A stretch of DNA of 64,000 bases from Nitrosopumilus sp. (GTDB lineage: Archaea; Thermoproteota; Nitrososphaeria; Nitrososphaerales; Nitrosopumilaceae): positions 32,001-96,000 of the forward strand of contig CBDBLX010000002.1 of NCBI GenBank assembly GCA_965207445.1. The letters run 5' to 3'. The translations under genes and the position numbers were made by a program. Below, piece after piece: positions 1-10,700 of the stretch (position 1 is the stretch's first letter; the number at the start of each line of letters is the position of its first letter). A model generated the notes under the pieces. That model made no database searches and was not told the DNA's origin. It saw nothing but the letters and a program-made list of their open reading frames with translations.

Positions 1-265
1 TGCAAGTGTCGTCGTAAGTGTCGTTGTTGGAGTTATCGTTGTTGGAGTTATCGTTGTTGGTATCATTACCGTTGTGTGGGGTATCCTCTGATCGCTCAGC
101 TGGTTCAACAACAGGTGTATCATTGTGTGTCGTATTAACATCAGAATTGGTCTGATTATTAATATGATCATCTTTACTTGTTAAATTTACTATAGGTACA
201 TCATCATCTGTTATCTCTAATTCTTTGTACTCTTTTATCTGAGGGTCATCATTATTTTGTGACAT
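1..265 (-). CDS. 5' part of a gene running off the window; acidic, low-complexity N-terminus (possibly GrpE-like, unconfirmed)
   Basis: ATG at 265 on -, open to window edge: MSQNNDDPQIKEYKELEITDDDVPIVNL...NNDNSNNDNSNND; not in ORF track. Confidence 0.45.
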   Translation of the reverse strand, partial: MSQNNDDPQIKEYKELEITDDDVPIVNLTSKDDHINNQTNSDVNTTHNDTPVVEPAERSEDTPHNGNDTNNDNSNNDNSNNDTYDDTC

Positions 266-730
266 TATATCTAGTCTTTACAAGCAACTTATAATTTAAC
301 GGTAAATTGTTCTTGTGATGAATAATCTATCATTACAATTATACAAATTCTTGATTGTTTTTTTTTGTTATTAAAACTAATCATAAAAAATTAACGTGTT
401 GCATAATTCGTAAATTTATACTCCTCCGGGGTCGTGGCCATGTGGTCTGAGCCGCGCAACCTTGTCGTTACATGATTCGAAGCCACTCAAATGCTCTGTA
501 AACTGGACAGGAAGACTGTCTGCCTCAAGATATGATGCCAGCGGGTGTGCCAAGTTACACCTACAACAAGCCATAAGCGGGCCGTGCTTCAAGCCTACAA
601 AGTGTACGCGCAAAACATGGCGTGGGATACGCCTTGGTATTTTATGTGTACATACATATATCTTCATATTTGTATTTAATCTGTACAATGTGCCATTATA
701 CAACAGTGTAAATGTGCAAATAGGTTAAAT

Positions 731-1018
731 ATGCATGACGGAAGGATTTCCGTAGACAAAAGTACAAACAAAACGCAGCGTGACATCATCAGAATCATCG
801 ATGAGTTGAAAAACTTTGGTACAAGGTGCCAGAGGATACCAAAGGCCACACAATCAATCTTTGCCGACTCAGCAAGGGTGCACGGTATACAGGTGGCCGA
901 CGCGTTCGCTTACTGTGCCTTGCAGCATAGCAAGAAAAACGAGCAGTTTGACAGCTACTGGGAGGTCATCCGCAACAAACTGGGGAGAAACGACCTAAAG
1001 ACAATACCTGCCAGCTAG
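731..1018 (+). pseudogene. C-terminal fragment of a DUF3800-like protein
   Basis: Motif DSARVHGIQVADAFAY matches the DS-x4-IQxADxxAY end of DUF3800; N-terminal part missing at the MITE junction. Confidence 0.6.
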
Positions 1019-1308
1019 CGTAAAAAACACCCACAAACGTCAAGAATGTGTAGCCGGGAACGCCCCGCTAGCACACCCCATAGGAGACACACCGTATCGC
1101 CCTTTGACATTATCATATGGGCCTACTGCGTAAATAAAATTTCAGTTTTTAATAGCGTGTTGCATAATTCGTAAATTTATACTCCTCTGGGGTCGTGGCC
1201 ATGTGGTCTGAGTCGCGCAACCTACGTTACACAATTTGAAGCCACTCAAATGCTCTGTAAACTGGACAGGAAGACTGTCTGCCTCAAGATATGATGCCAG
1301 CGGGTGTG

Positions 1309-1418
1309 TAATAGTTTCATTAAAGATCCGATAGTTTTCTAATATTTTGTATTCATAATATGTGCTCAACTTCGAGATGAATATCAATCAAAATATCGGA
1401 TCTTTAATCATATCAGTA
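1309..1418. mobile_element. 110-bp MITE nested in the second repeat copy
   Basis: TIR core ATTAAAGATCCGATA; TGTG duplicated at 1305-1308 and 1419-1422; absent from copy 1. Confidence 0.85.
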
Positions 1419-2183
1419 TGTGTCAAGTCACGCCTACAACAAGCCATAAGCGGGCCGTGCTTCAAGCCTACAAAGTGTACGCGCAAAACATGGCGTGGGA
1501 TACGCCTTGGCATTTTGTGTGTACATACACATATCTTTATATTTGTATTTAAGCTGTACAATGTGCCATTATACAGCAGTGTAAATGTGCTAACGTGTTG
1601 GCATAACTCGATGCGCATCGAATTATGCAACACGCTATAAAAAATTGGTCAATTATTACCAAAAAATCAACAGTCGTATACACAGCAGCAAAATATTAGT
1701 CCCCGGTATATCTAATTACTTGTCTAGTCCCAAGAGCTTGATCAAATTGTTTTTCTAACATATCAAAGTAATCATCAAAGGCCGATACATCATCATCATT
1801 ACCATGCACTTTTTGATTGAGGGTAAATGGTTTTCGCATACCATTTTTCAAAACCATAGTCTGTTGTTTATATGCAAACATCTCCAAGAATACTTTTTTA
1901 CAGAACAGTTTTTGACAAATTTACCATCTTTCTCCAATTCATGTATTTTTTGCAGATCGAGATTATCCAAATCGATGATATAATCCCCCCAGGAATGTAA
2001 TCATTACTTGGAAATGATGTCGAATGCTCATTAGTTGAGTTTCCTAAAGTGTATTGTGATATTTGATCACCATAGTTAAAATCCACTATTTCTCCTGAAC
2101 ACAAAAACTACAAAATGATGTGAAAATAAAGACCTTCCACATATCATGATAAAATGAACATCAGTAGTGCACACCACTACCAT

Positions 2184-3494
2184 TTACAAAGTCAAATTTT
2201 TACGTTCAAGTATAGGACTAGTGTTCACCACTATTACATTTGGCATATCTGCCGTTGTTAGTTTTGCAACCTTATGATCATTTATTGTACACGGAATTAT
2301 AGCCACGGGTATTTGTAAGGTATTTAGATCATGAGGAAGTTCAGAGTACAATTCTACATCTGTTATCCATCCTTGTAACCTTTCAAGAAAAAAGTTGCAC
2401 ATTTCGCTATGATCGCCACGTAAAAGATTAGTGTCAAAATTCCACAACAAAATTACCTTTATTCTGGTACGTCTCAAGTCATGATCACGCATGACATATT
2501 TTATATGCTCAGGCAAATGTCGAACATATGATGTTATAATCTTAATAAATGAGTCTGTCATTCGTCGTAGAGGTCTTTTGATTTCAAGTGATGCAGATAT
2601 TATACGTAAATCAAGCAAGCCATCTAAAATTAAATCAATGTTCAAGTTTTGTATCCGCGGGTCTATTGTAAGTTCTGATGCTGCATCATTAGGAGTAGAA
2701 TCACCCAACTCTATAATAGAGCAAATATTAGCAAATCTTGATACTATATCTAATGCATGTTTGTACTCTGCTGCACGCACAGTGATAAATTTGGGCATTT
2801 TGAAATCTGGTCCGGTGGATAATAGTAGTCCAAGACGCTGATCAGTTATAGCAACATCATATACGCCAATGAATTGTGGAGGTGAGCGTCTGCTCTCTAA
2901 TGGATAGTAATAATAAAATACTTTAGTATTTGCCTCAAATCCTGTCATGTGTTCTAATATAGCAACATACTCTTCACCATCACCAATCCCAGCAGGTGCA
3001 CAGAATACTACAGATACGCCCTCACGTACATACTCAATGGCATCTTTGAAGAGTGATTGTATATTTGCCTTAATGTTATGCTCATTTGGTCGAATACGTG
3101 GAGTAAAGAATAGGTAATCGGCCTTTGATATTGCGACTGGTAATCGTTCCATTAGCATTATTGGTTCATCTTCTTTGAGTGTAGATATACTAGGATACGC
3201 TCTTGCAATTTCAGGATTCAGTGATATAGCAGTAGAATCTGACTCATCAACAATATAGACAACAGCACCATCTATTGCAGCTTGCCGTGCAATATTGTAC
3301 CCTTCGGTACTCATGCCAAATATTGTGACTGTGGGAGGAGGTTTGGAGGTGGTAGTGGTAGCAGTAGTGGTAGCAGTAGTGGTAGCAGTAGCATGATGTA
3401 TTTCATTAGGAATGGTTGTTGCTGCATTGGTGGTAGTGTCATTTTTTTTTGATTTTTTATTTTTAGAACTGTTCTTTACCATATGTACAGTCAC
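2184..3494 (-). CDS. Hypothetical protein with a degenerate Rossmann-like start (nucleotide-sugar dehydrogenase-like)
   Basis: 436-aa ORF; VTIFGMSTEGYNIA beta-alpha motif; poly-Thr N-terminal extension. Confidence 0.55.
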   Translation of the reverse strand: MTVHMVKNSSKNKKSKKNDTTTNAATTIPNEIHHATATTTATTTATTTTSKPPPTVTIFGMSTEGYNIARQAAIDGAVVYIVDESDSTAISLNPEIARAYPSISTLKEDEPIMLMERLPVAISKADYLFFTPRIRPNEHNIKANIQSLFKDAIEYVREGVSVVFCAPAGIGDGEEYVAILEHMTGFEANTKVFYYYYPLESRRSPPQFIGVYDVAITDQRLGLLLSTGPDFKMPKFITVRAAEYKHALDIVSRFANICSIIELGDSTPNDAASELTIDPRIQNLNIDLILDGLLDLRIISASLEIKRPLRRMTDSFIKIITSYVRHLPEHIKYVMRDHDLRRTRIKVILLWNFDTNLLRGDHSEMCNFFLERLQGWITDVELYSELPHDLNTLQIPVAIIPCTINDHKVAKLTTADMPNVIVVNTSPILERKNLTL

Positions 3495-3580
3495 AGTGGC
3501 TAAAAGAAAAACCTATTGTAAAATTTAGAATGTACGATCTAAAAAGTTCATTAAGGTATTGCATATGCTAGTGTATTATC

Positions 3581-3653
3581 AGCCCGGTAGTGTAGTGGTC
3601 AAGCATGGAGGGTTTTGGACCCTCCGACCCCAGTTCGAATCTGGGCCGGGCTA
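3581..3653 (+). tRNA. tRNA-Gln(UUG)
   Basis: Acceptor AGCCCGG/CCGGGCT with A1-U72, anticodon arm GAGGG-TTTTGGA-CCCTC, T-loop GTTCGAAT. Confidence 0.95.
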
Positions 3654-3699
3654 TTATTTTACTACATACAAAAGACATCATTACAAAGTAAAACAGTCA

Positions 3700-4470
3700 T
3701 CAAACATTTAGTTTTGTAAGCAATCTAGATGCAATTGCAAAAAATGTGCCTGCCAGTATAACCAATATTGCCACCTCTAGTATGACAAATGATGTAATGT
3801 TACCAAATATACCAGCTCTGATAATATCTACTAAATATGTCAAAGGATTAAAATAAAATGCAGTGCGTAACGGTTCCTGCACGCCGTCTGCAGGGTAAAA
3901 GGCAGTACTGACAAATGCAAAGAATAAAAATACAGTATTTATGATGACATTAAACCCTTCACTTGATCGAAGTCTGGTAGATATTATAGATGCAAGTGAA
4001 CCAAACAATACAGATCCAGATACAGCACCAAATATGACAAGAGGAATAGTTACAGATGACAGTACCACATCGTGAAAAAATATTGGATATCCTACTGCTA
4101 AAATAAACGACGCACTAACAAGACCAATTATCGCAATTGTAAGGATGTTGCTTAATATGTACTGTCCACGCGTAAATGGGCCTGACATTATCTGTTCAAA
4201 CATTCCATGTCGTCTATCATTCCATATTATTATACCAGAGACCAGAGTGCTGTTCATTATATTAAATCCAATCATACCAGATGCTAAAAACGCAGGATAA
4301 TCCAAATCTTTTGGGCCCAGTTGGATTCCAGATACTAGGGGAGCGTATGCAAATCCCGCTATGAATATGTATACGAGTGGAAATATTACCTGCCATATCA
4401 AAAATCCAGGATTGAGTGATATTGTGATGTTACGATTTACTAGTCGAAGTATGGGATGCATTGTAATCAC
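3700..4470 (-). CDS. ABC-2 type transporter permease
   Basis: About six hydrophobic segments, NPLTYLVD motif, coupled to ABC ATPase. Confidence 0.9.
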   Translation of the reverse strand: MITMHPILRLVNRNITISLNPGFLIWQVIFPLVYIFIAGFAYAPLVSGIQLGPKDLDYPAFLASGMIGFNIMNSTLVSGIIIWNDRRHGMFEQIMSGPFTRGQYILSNILTIAIIGLVSASFILAVGYPIFFHDVVLSSVTIPLVIFGAVSGSVLFGSLASIISTRLRSSEGFNVIINTVFLFFAFVSTAFYPADGVQEPLRTAFYFNPLTYLVDIIRAGIFGNITSFVILEVAILVILAGTFFAIASRLLTKLNV

Positions 4471-5639
4471 TAAAGTGTGTTGTTTGTAGTATTGTGATTA
4501 CCGATAGGTGTATTGTTGGAATTGTCATGTTGCGTCGATGATTGTTGTTGGTTTTGTTGTTGTTGTTGTTGGTTTTGGTTTTGTAGCACATTACGGTGCT
4601 CGGATTGCTTGTTAATGTGAGTCATATCCAAGAATATCTCCTCAAGACTAGTAGGGGTAGCAGACAGATCTTCTATCTCAATTCCAGCGTCATGTAGTAT
4701 CTGAAGCGTTTGCAATAAAGCAGAATCAGAGTTTGATGATCGGATGATAATGGTGGTCCGAGTCGATTTTTTGTTGTTGTTGTTGTTGTTATATGTGTCA
4801 TGCGTCATGTGTGAATTTGAGGCTTTTGTGTTATTTTGACTTGCATTATTGTGATGCGCATCACCACTATTGGAGTTGATCTGACAGCCTTGCACACCTG
4901 ATAACATTTCATGTAAATTTGGAGGGCTGTATGATAAATGAATCTTTATCGTCTTTTCATTTCCGAGTTTTGATTTTAATTCATCAGGTGTACTGACCTC
5001 TAATAATTGACCATTGTTCATTATTGCAATCTCATCGCACAAATACTCAACTTCACTAAGTATGTGTGTTGTGTAAAATATACTTAAACCCGTCTTGACT
5101 CTATTTCGAAGATAATCAAGCAAGTCACGACGCGCACTAGGATCAAGTCCTACTGTCGGCTCGTCTAAAAAGAGCAACTCCATATCATGCATGAATTCAC
5201 GCGCCACCTGAACACGCCTGCGCTGGCCTATTGAGAGATCTTCGTTGCGGCGATGTCGTATTTCAACAAGACCAAACTCTTCTAAAAGAGACTCTGCACG
5301 TTCATGGCAAACATGTTTTGGCACATTCCACATCATCCCATATTTTTCAAGTGACTTTTCAACTGATAGTGTGGGCTCATAGCTTAACTGTTGTAGTACA
5401 ACACCTATCTTGTGACGTACTGCAAGTGGCTCCCTTATGGCATCAATACCTAATACAGATATTGAGCCTACAGTGGGTCTGACAAGCGTAGTTAACATCT
5501 TGATTGTAGTTGATTTACCAGCCCCGTTTGGTCCCAAGAATCCAAATACGCATCCCTTTTGAACTGAAAACGAAATATCATTTACTGCAATTGTACTAGA
5601 ATATGACTTTGATAGGTGGCTTACATCTATACATGACAC
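4470..5639 (-). CDS. ABC transporter ATP-binding protein (DrrA/NodI-like)
   Basis: Walker A GPNGAGKST, LSIGQ signature, Walker B LFLDEPT, H-loop; poly-N/poly-Q insertions. Confidence 0.92.
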   Translation of the reverse strand: MSCIDVSHLSKSYSSTIAVNDISFSVQKGCVFGFLGPNGAGKSTTIKMLTTLVRPTVGSISVLGIDAIREPLAVRHKIGVVLQQLSYEPTLSVEKSLEKYGMMWNVPKHVCHERAESLLEEFGLVEIRHRRNEDLSIGQRRRVQVAREFMHDMELLFLDEPTVGLDPSARRDLLDYLRNRVKTGLSIFYTTHILSEVEYLCDEIAIMNNGQLLEVSTPDELKSKLGNEKTIKIHLSYSPPNLHEMLSGVQGCQINSNSGDAHHNNASQNNTKASNSHMTHDTYNNNNNNKKSTRTTIIIRSSNSDSALLQTLQILHDAGIEIEDLSATPTSLEEIFLDMTHINKQSEHRNVLQNQNQQQQQQNQQQSSTQHDNSNNTPIGNHNTTNNTL

Positions 5640-5786
5640 AATTAAACACTGTCAGACGTATTTATAATCATAATTCAATGTTAATGTTAAATCAACCATA
5701 CATTTGATTATATCTAGGTGTAGATATATATGATTAGTTTATAGCCATTAATAAAATACAGTATAAATGCACTAGGTGAAAAATTT

Positions 5787-5934
5787 GTGTGAACCAAGCT
5801 CATTGGACACAATAATAAAATACATACTTATATTTGGTTATATTCCTGTCTGTATATCGAGTATCATGCATGCGATACATTTAGCTAAGAGTTATTTTTG
5901 AATGATCATATCAGTCATAGAGATTAGTTCACAC
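5787..5934. mobile_element. 148-bp MITE (GTGTGAACCAA family), copy 1
   Basis: TIR GTGTGAAC/GTTCACAC; 8-bp TSD AAAAATTT at 5779-5786 and 5935-5942; second copy at 63146-63292. Confidence 0.85.
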
Positions 5935-6154
5935 AAAAATTTCAAGGTATAGACTCAGGTCAAATCATTAATTGGTTAAGACTTGGCACTACAAGGTGTG
6001 GGCATAAACTGTCCAATCAAGCCCTGATACAGAACAGGTGACAGAATCGTTGCCGCAGGTGTGTTGGTTTTATCTGAGTTTGTACCTTAAGTATTATAAA
6101 TTGCAATTTACAACTTTTATTACACACCATAACACAGCACAAGGTGATAAAGAA

Positions 6155-7729
6155 TTGACAGATATTGATGACCTAATAGACGAGATTACAAAACAGAGAC
6201 CAGAGTTAAACAAAGAAGAGATCTTGTCACGCATCAAAGCAAAAAAAGATGCAATCGGTGCAAACTATCTGACTGATAGAGGTGCGGTATTTTTGATTGC
6301 AAGTGAGTGTGGAATTACCATCGGCAAGCCAGTAAAATCAGATGTTGCAATAAAAGAGATGTATGCAGGTGCAGGCGAGGTTTCACTAGAGGTCAGAGTG
6401 TTGTGTGTGTCACCTATCAGAAAGTACACACAAAAAGACGGAGGGCAGGGCGCGCTTCGAACTATAACCGTATATGATAGTATAGAGGACACTGCAAGTG
6501 TAAAGTTGTGGAATGATAAAGCAAGCCTACCAGGGATAAACGAGTTAAAGCCGGGGGACTTTGTAAAAATCACAGGCGCCAACATAAAAGAAGAGAGAGG
6601 TAGAGGAGGAGATGACAATAGTAGTGAAGATACCAAAAAACCACTTGCAATTCATGTTGGGTCTGGCTCAATAATAGAGCCAGTTGATACACCACAACGC
6701 GAGATACCAACTATTCAGAGTATTACAAAAGATATCAGTGACTTGTCAGAGACTAAAAGTGAATCTAATCTGGTAGTCTCAGGCATACTAGATGGTAATA
6801 TACAGTTGTTAGAGTATACAAGACAACAGACAGGTGAGCAAGCAACTGCCCTCAAGTTTAGGATGAGGGGGGAGAATGACACTGGTGGTGGTGGTGGTGG
6901 TGGTGGTGGCAGTAGTGTAAGACGCATAGTGTTATGGGGCAAAGACATGTCATCAGTACCAAAAAAGATCACAACAGCATCTCCACAAGTGACATTAATT
7001 GGAGTATCTACAAAAATTACAGAGCAGCAAGGAATGGAAATTCATGGAAACGAGTCTACTCATTTTGAGATCAAAGGTGGAGAAGGAGACGGCAACGATA
7101 CAATAGATCCCATTACGATAAGAATTCTAGCAAAGCCCACACCAACAAACAGTAGCAACAATACCAACACAAGACAAGCCATTCTCGGGGTCGACTCTAA
7201 TGCCAAACTGTACACGATCATTGACAAGGACCAAGTATCAGTGGCATATAATGAAGGCGAGATAATAGAGTGTGTGCCCACTCGCATACAAGGCAGAAGT
7301 GTCACGCTAGACTCTAGCTCGTATATCAGAAGCATAAGTAGTGAGAGTACAGATGAGCAAGCAACAGCAATAATGCCGACATTAAAAGATGTGCTAACAC
7401 CCATACTCGATATAAAACCAGACGGCGGAATATACTGTATTGGTTGCGTCTTGTTTAATGCACCGGATATGCGAGAGATACTGACAAAAAATGGTGATAC
7501 AATACGTATGGCTGAAGTTGGAATCGGAGATGGTTCTGGTGAGGGTGTGATCAAAGCATGGAGAAACCAATCAACATTGTTTGAAAAATGCAATGTAGGA
7601 GACAAATACATCATAACAGGCATTAGAGCGCAGCAGGGTATGGGTGAGGGTATGGTAGACCTGACGTTGACTGAATACTCTACGATTACACCAGAAGCAT
7701 CTGTGAGAGAAGAGACGCCACAACAGTAA
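6155..7729 (+). CDS. rpa: Replication protein A / OB-fold ssDNA-binding protein
   Basis: N-terminal YLTDRGAVFLIASECG then repeated OB folds (VKLWND, IVLWG, IKAWR); probable TTG start at 6155 after AGGTGA (track start 6038). Confidence 0.8.
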   Translation: MTDIDDLIDEITKQRPELNKEEILSRIKAKKDAIGANYLTDRGAVFLIASECGITIGKPVKSDVAIKEMYAGAGEVSLEVRVLCVSPIRKYTQKDGGQGALRTITVYDSIEDTASVKLWNDKASLPGINELKPGDFVKITGANIKEERGRGGDDNSSEDTKKPLAIHVGSGSIIEPVDTPQREIPTIQSITKDISDLSETKSESNLVVSGILDGNIQLLEYTRQQTGEQATALKFRMRGENDTGGGGGGGGGSSVRRIVLWGKDMSSVPKKITTASPQVTLIGVSTKITEQQGMEIHGNESTHFEIKGGEGDGNDTIDPITIRILAKPTPTNSSNNTNTRQAILGVDSNAKLYTIIDKDQVSVAYNEGEIIECVPTRIQGRSVTLDSSSYIRSISSESTDEQATAIMPTLKDVLTPILDIKPDGGIYCIGCVLFNAPDMREILTKNGDTIRMAEVGIGDGSGEGVIKAWRNQSTLFEKCNVGDKYIITGIRAQQGMGEGMVDLTLTEYSTITPEASVREETPQQ

Positions 7730-7741
7730 TGCTCAAAATCA

Positions 7742-10700
7742 CTAGTCCCAAAATCCACGCGTTGTGACATACTGTCTTTCTGCCTCATAGATCTGTTTGA
7801 AGAGATTATCTTCATCATCACTTATCATATTACGCAATATACGCGCAGCAGTATCAGCACCGATACCGTGCCCAGAGATGACCATTACAGCAACTTTACC
7901 AAAGGATTCTATGAGAGATGCCACTTTCCAAGCTCGATCAAACTTTTTCTTCTCCTCAAGGGTGATTTTGATTCCACCAACTCTTTTACGAATGATACCA
8001 GACAGATTAATGTCAGAGTAATATGATGCGGTAATCTGTCCACTACGACAGTGCGGACATTTCAATTTACCTATTATATCACACGTCTCTACAATCCTCT
8101 CCCATTTACCACATCGCATGCATATCATACGATGTTTAGTATGTGTGATTCTGTTCTTGATGGAATCTAGTATGCGCTTGTCAAGTACAGCAGGTGACGA
8201 ATAATATCTAGAGGTATGGTCTAGTATTGGAACTGCCAATTTTGAGAATCCATCTGTCGCCTCATTCCAATGTACCAAAATCTGGCCATTTTTAATATAA
8301 TCAAGTATCATTTGGCATCCGTCGAGATCATACTTGTCATGAAATAGTTCTCGGAGTGCTTCTTTGACTATTGGTGTGTTTACATATTGATTGTACAAAA
8401 AGCGAGCAAACCTACTCTCATACATGTCACCTCGTCTTGTAGCACCAAATTTTTTTGCAGCACACCACACACGCCAATTAAGATTGTGAGTGCCTACAAG
8501 TGATGTGCCTATCACTTTTGGTAGGTCATAGTCATCTTGCAACAAACGTAACAGTAAGAGTTCAGATATGCGTATAGATGATGAAGATAAAACGATACGA
8601 TATCCATCTGAGCGAGAGTCTACTCGCGAATTTGAGAGTGCAGACAACATTGATGATAATAGTATTGCCAGAGTTGCATTGATACGGCTTCCAAAACAGC
8701 AATGTAGTATGATAACACCTTGTAGTTTTTGAGATTCGACTATAATACTACTATTTCCATTATTAATATAATTTTGATCAGTACTTTTTTGATCAGTAGA
8801 GTCGTAATTAATATTATTATGAACAGTATGATTATGTTTAGCATTATGTTTAGCATTATGTTCATCCATCAAAGGAATGTCAAATGTTATCTCATCAAAC
8901 ACGTGATTCTGAGCAGTAACTTTTCCATCTTTGATCAATCCACGTAGCTCACCCACCCTATACGCAGTCTTGTAATCAATTGGCATCGTCTCCCCCTCCC
9001 AATAAGGAACTGTCTTTGAAGCCGCACCTGACATATGTGGCCCAAGCGGCTCGACATTTACCGTAAATGACTTTTCATCCACATTTAGTATTCGCCACTG
9101 TGAACCACGAAGTACAAAGATGTTGCCTTGCTCACCATGATCACCAACAAACCTTTGATCAAGTGTTCCCATCCTTTTTCTGCCCACAGTATCAAATACC
9201 TTAAAGCGCAACATATCAGGTATAGTAGAGAGATTCTCAAAGTGATATGTAATGTACCGTCCACTTTTGATAAATGTCATATTTTCACGATCATATATAA
9301 TGAGTCTACTCTGATCAAGTTGTTCTAGTACTTGGGAGAATGTCTCTAATTCTAAGTTGTGGTATGGATATGCCTTTTTTATCATATCTAGTGCTGCATT
9401 AATTTTTATCTTGTGTGAGCCTGCCTGAATAGACAGTCCTATCATGTGGTGTGCCAAGACATCAAGCGCATTGAAATGCAGGTGTTGTTGTTCAATTGAG
9501 CCATTGTGTATGCGCTCTAAAATTGACATTGCTTCTAGCTCATCATCAGCACTGTTGGTTATGATTAATCCACGCGCAGAATCCCTGTTATGCCTGCTGC
9601 GGCCTATTCGTTGAATAAACTTTGAGACTTGCCGAGGAGAGCCATAATGAACAACCAATTCTACAGAGCCAATATCAATTCCTAGTTCAAGTGAGGATGT
9701 ACAGACTATAATACGCAGTCCTTTGCCCTCACGCAACAAGTGTTCTGTATCCTCTCTGACACTTTTTGACAATGAACCGTGGTGTAACTCAACTGGTGTT
9801 GTGGCTATCTCTTTTAGTACAGACGCCAAAAACTCAGCTTCTCCTCTAGTGTTTGTAAATAGTAAGACAGGGGAGTCTAAATTGTACTCTTTGATACGAT
9901 CATATATTGCGCGCGCAATATCAGATATTGAACCGCTCTCATACACGATATCAACATCATACTTGCGTAGCGTTCTGTCTTGTATGACACGACAGGGCCT
10001 ATTCGTACCAGAGACAAACTTTGCAGCATCAGAAATATTCCCAACAGTAGCAGATAATCCAATACGTGTTAATGGATGACGTGCATTTAATTCGAGTCGT
10101 TCTAAACTCAAAGAGAGTTGAGAGCCACGCTTGTTTGATAGCATCTCGTGGACCTCATCAATTACAACCCACTGTAAACTTGCAAGTGGCAACAACATCT
10201 TTGGCTGTGAGAGTAATACGACTAGTGTCTCTGGAGTTGTGATTAGTATATCAGGTGGGTTCTCTGTAATCTTTTTGCGCTGACTCTGGGGCGTATCCCC
10301 ATGCCGGATTCCAATTGTAAGATTGCAATTTTTAGCATATGTGGTTATACGACGAAAGACGTCCTTGTTTAGAGCACGAAGGGGTGTGATGTATAATATT
10401 TGGATGCCATCGTGTTTTGTTTTTTGTAGTGATTCTGATACTATAGTGAATATTGGAATTACAGAGCATTCAGTCTTGCCTGAGCCGGTGGGTGCCACAA
10501 CCAAGCAGTCACGTTTTTGAAGTATGAGAGGAGATGCTTTTGATTGTATAGTAGTTAGCCTCTCAAAGCCAAATTTTGCAAAAAGAGATTCAATCACTTG
10601 ATTTTTTGGCTTTGTTTTGGTTGCTGGGTTTTGACTTTGTTTTGGTTGTGATGTTGTCTGAGGCAGTGTTGTTGTCTGAGGTGCTAATGGTTGTTTTTTC

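Larger units (their letters stand above)
393..1636. mobile_element. Composite element: two direct copies of a ~325-bp MITE-like unit flanking a DUF3800-like fragment
   Basis: Inverted termini A(A/G)CGTGTTGCATAATTCG; flanking direct repeat ATAAAAAATT at 383-392 and 1637-1646; unit copies ~393-718 and ~1154-1590. Confidence 0.75.

Noticed and set aside
416..1640. Short ORFs inside the duplicated 325-bp unit
   Set aside because: Frames not conserved between copies; no recognisable domain
1696..2104. Two short minus-strand ORFs, possibly one decayed gene
   Set aside because: No motif I can assign
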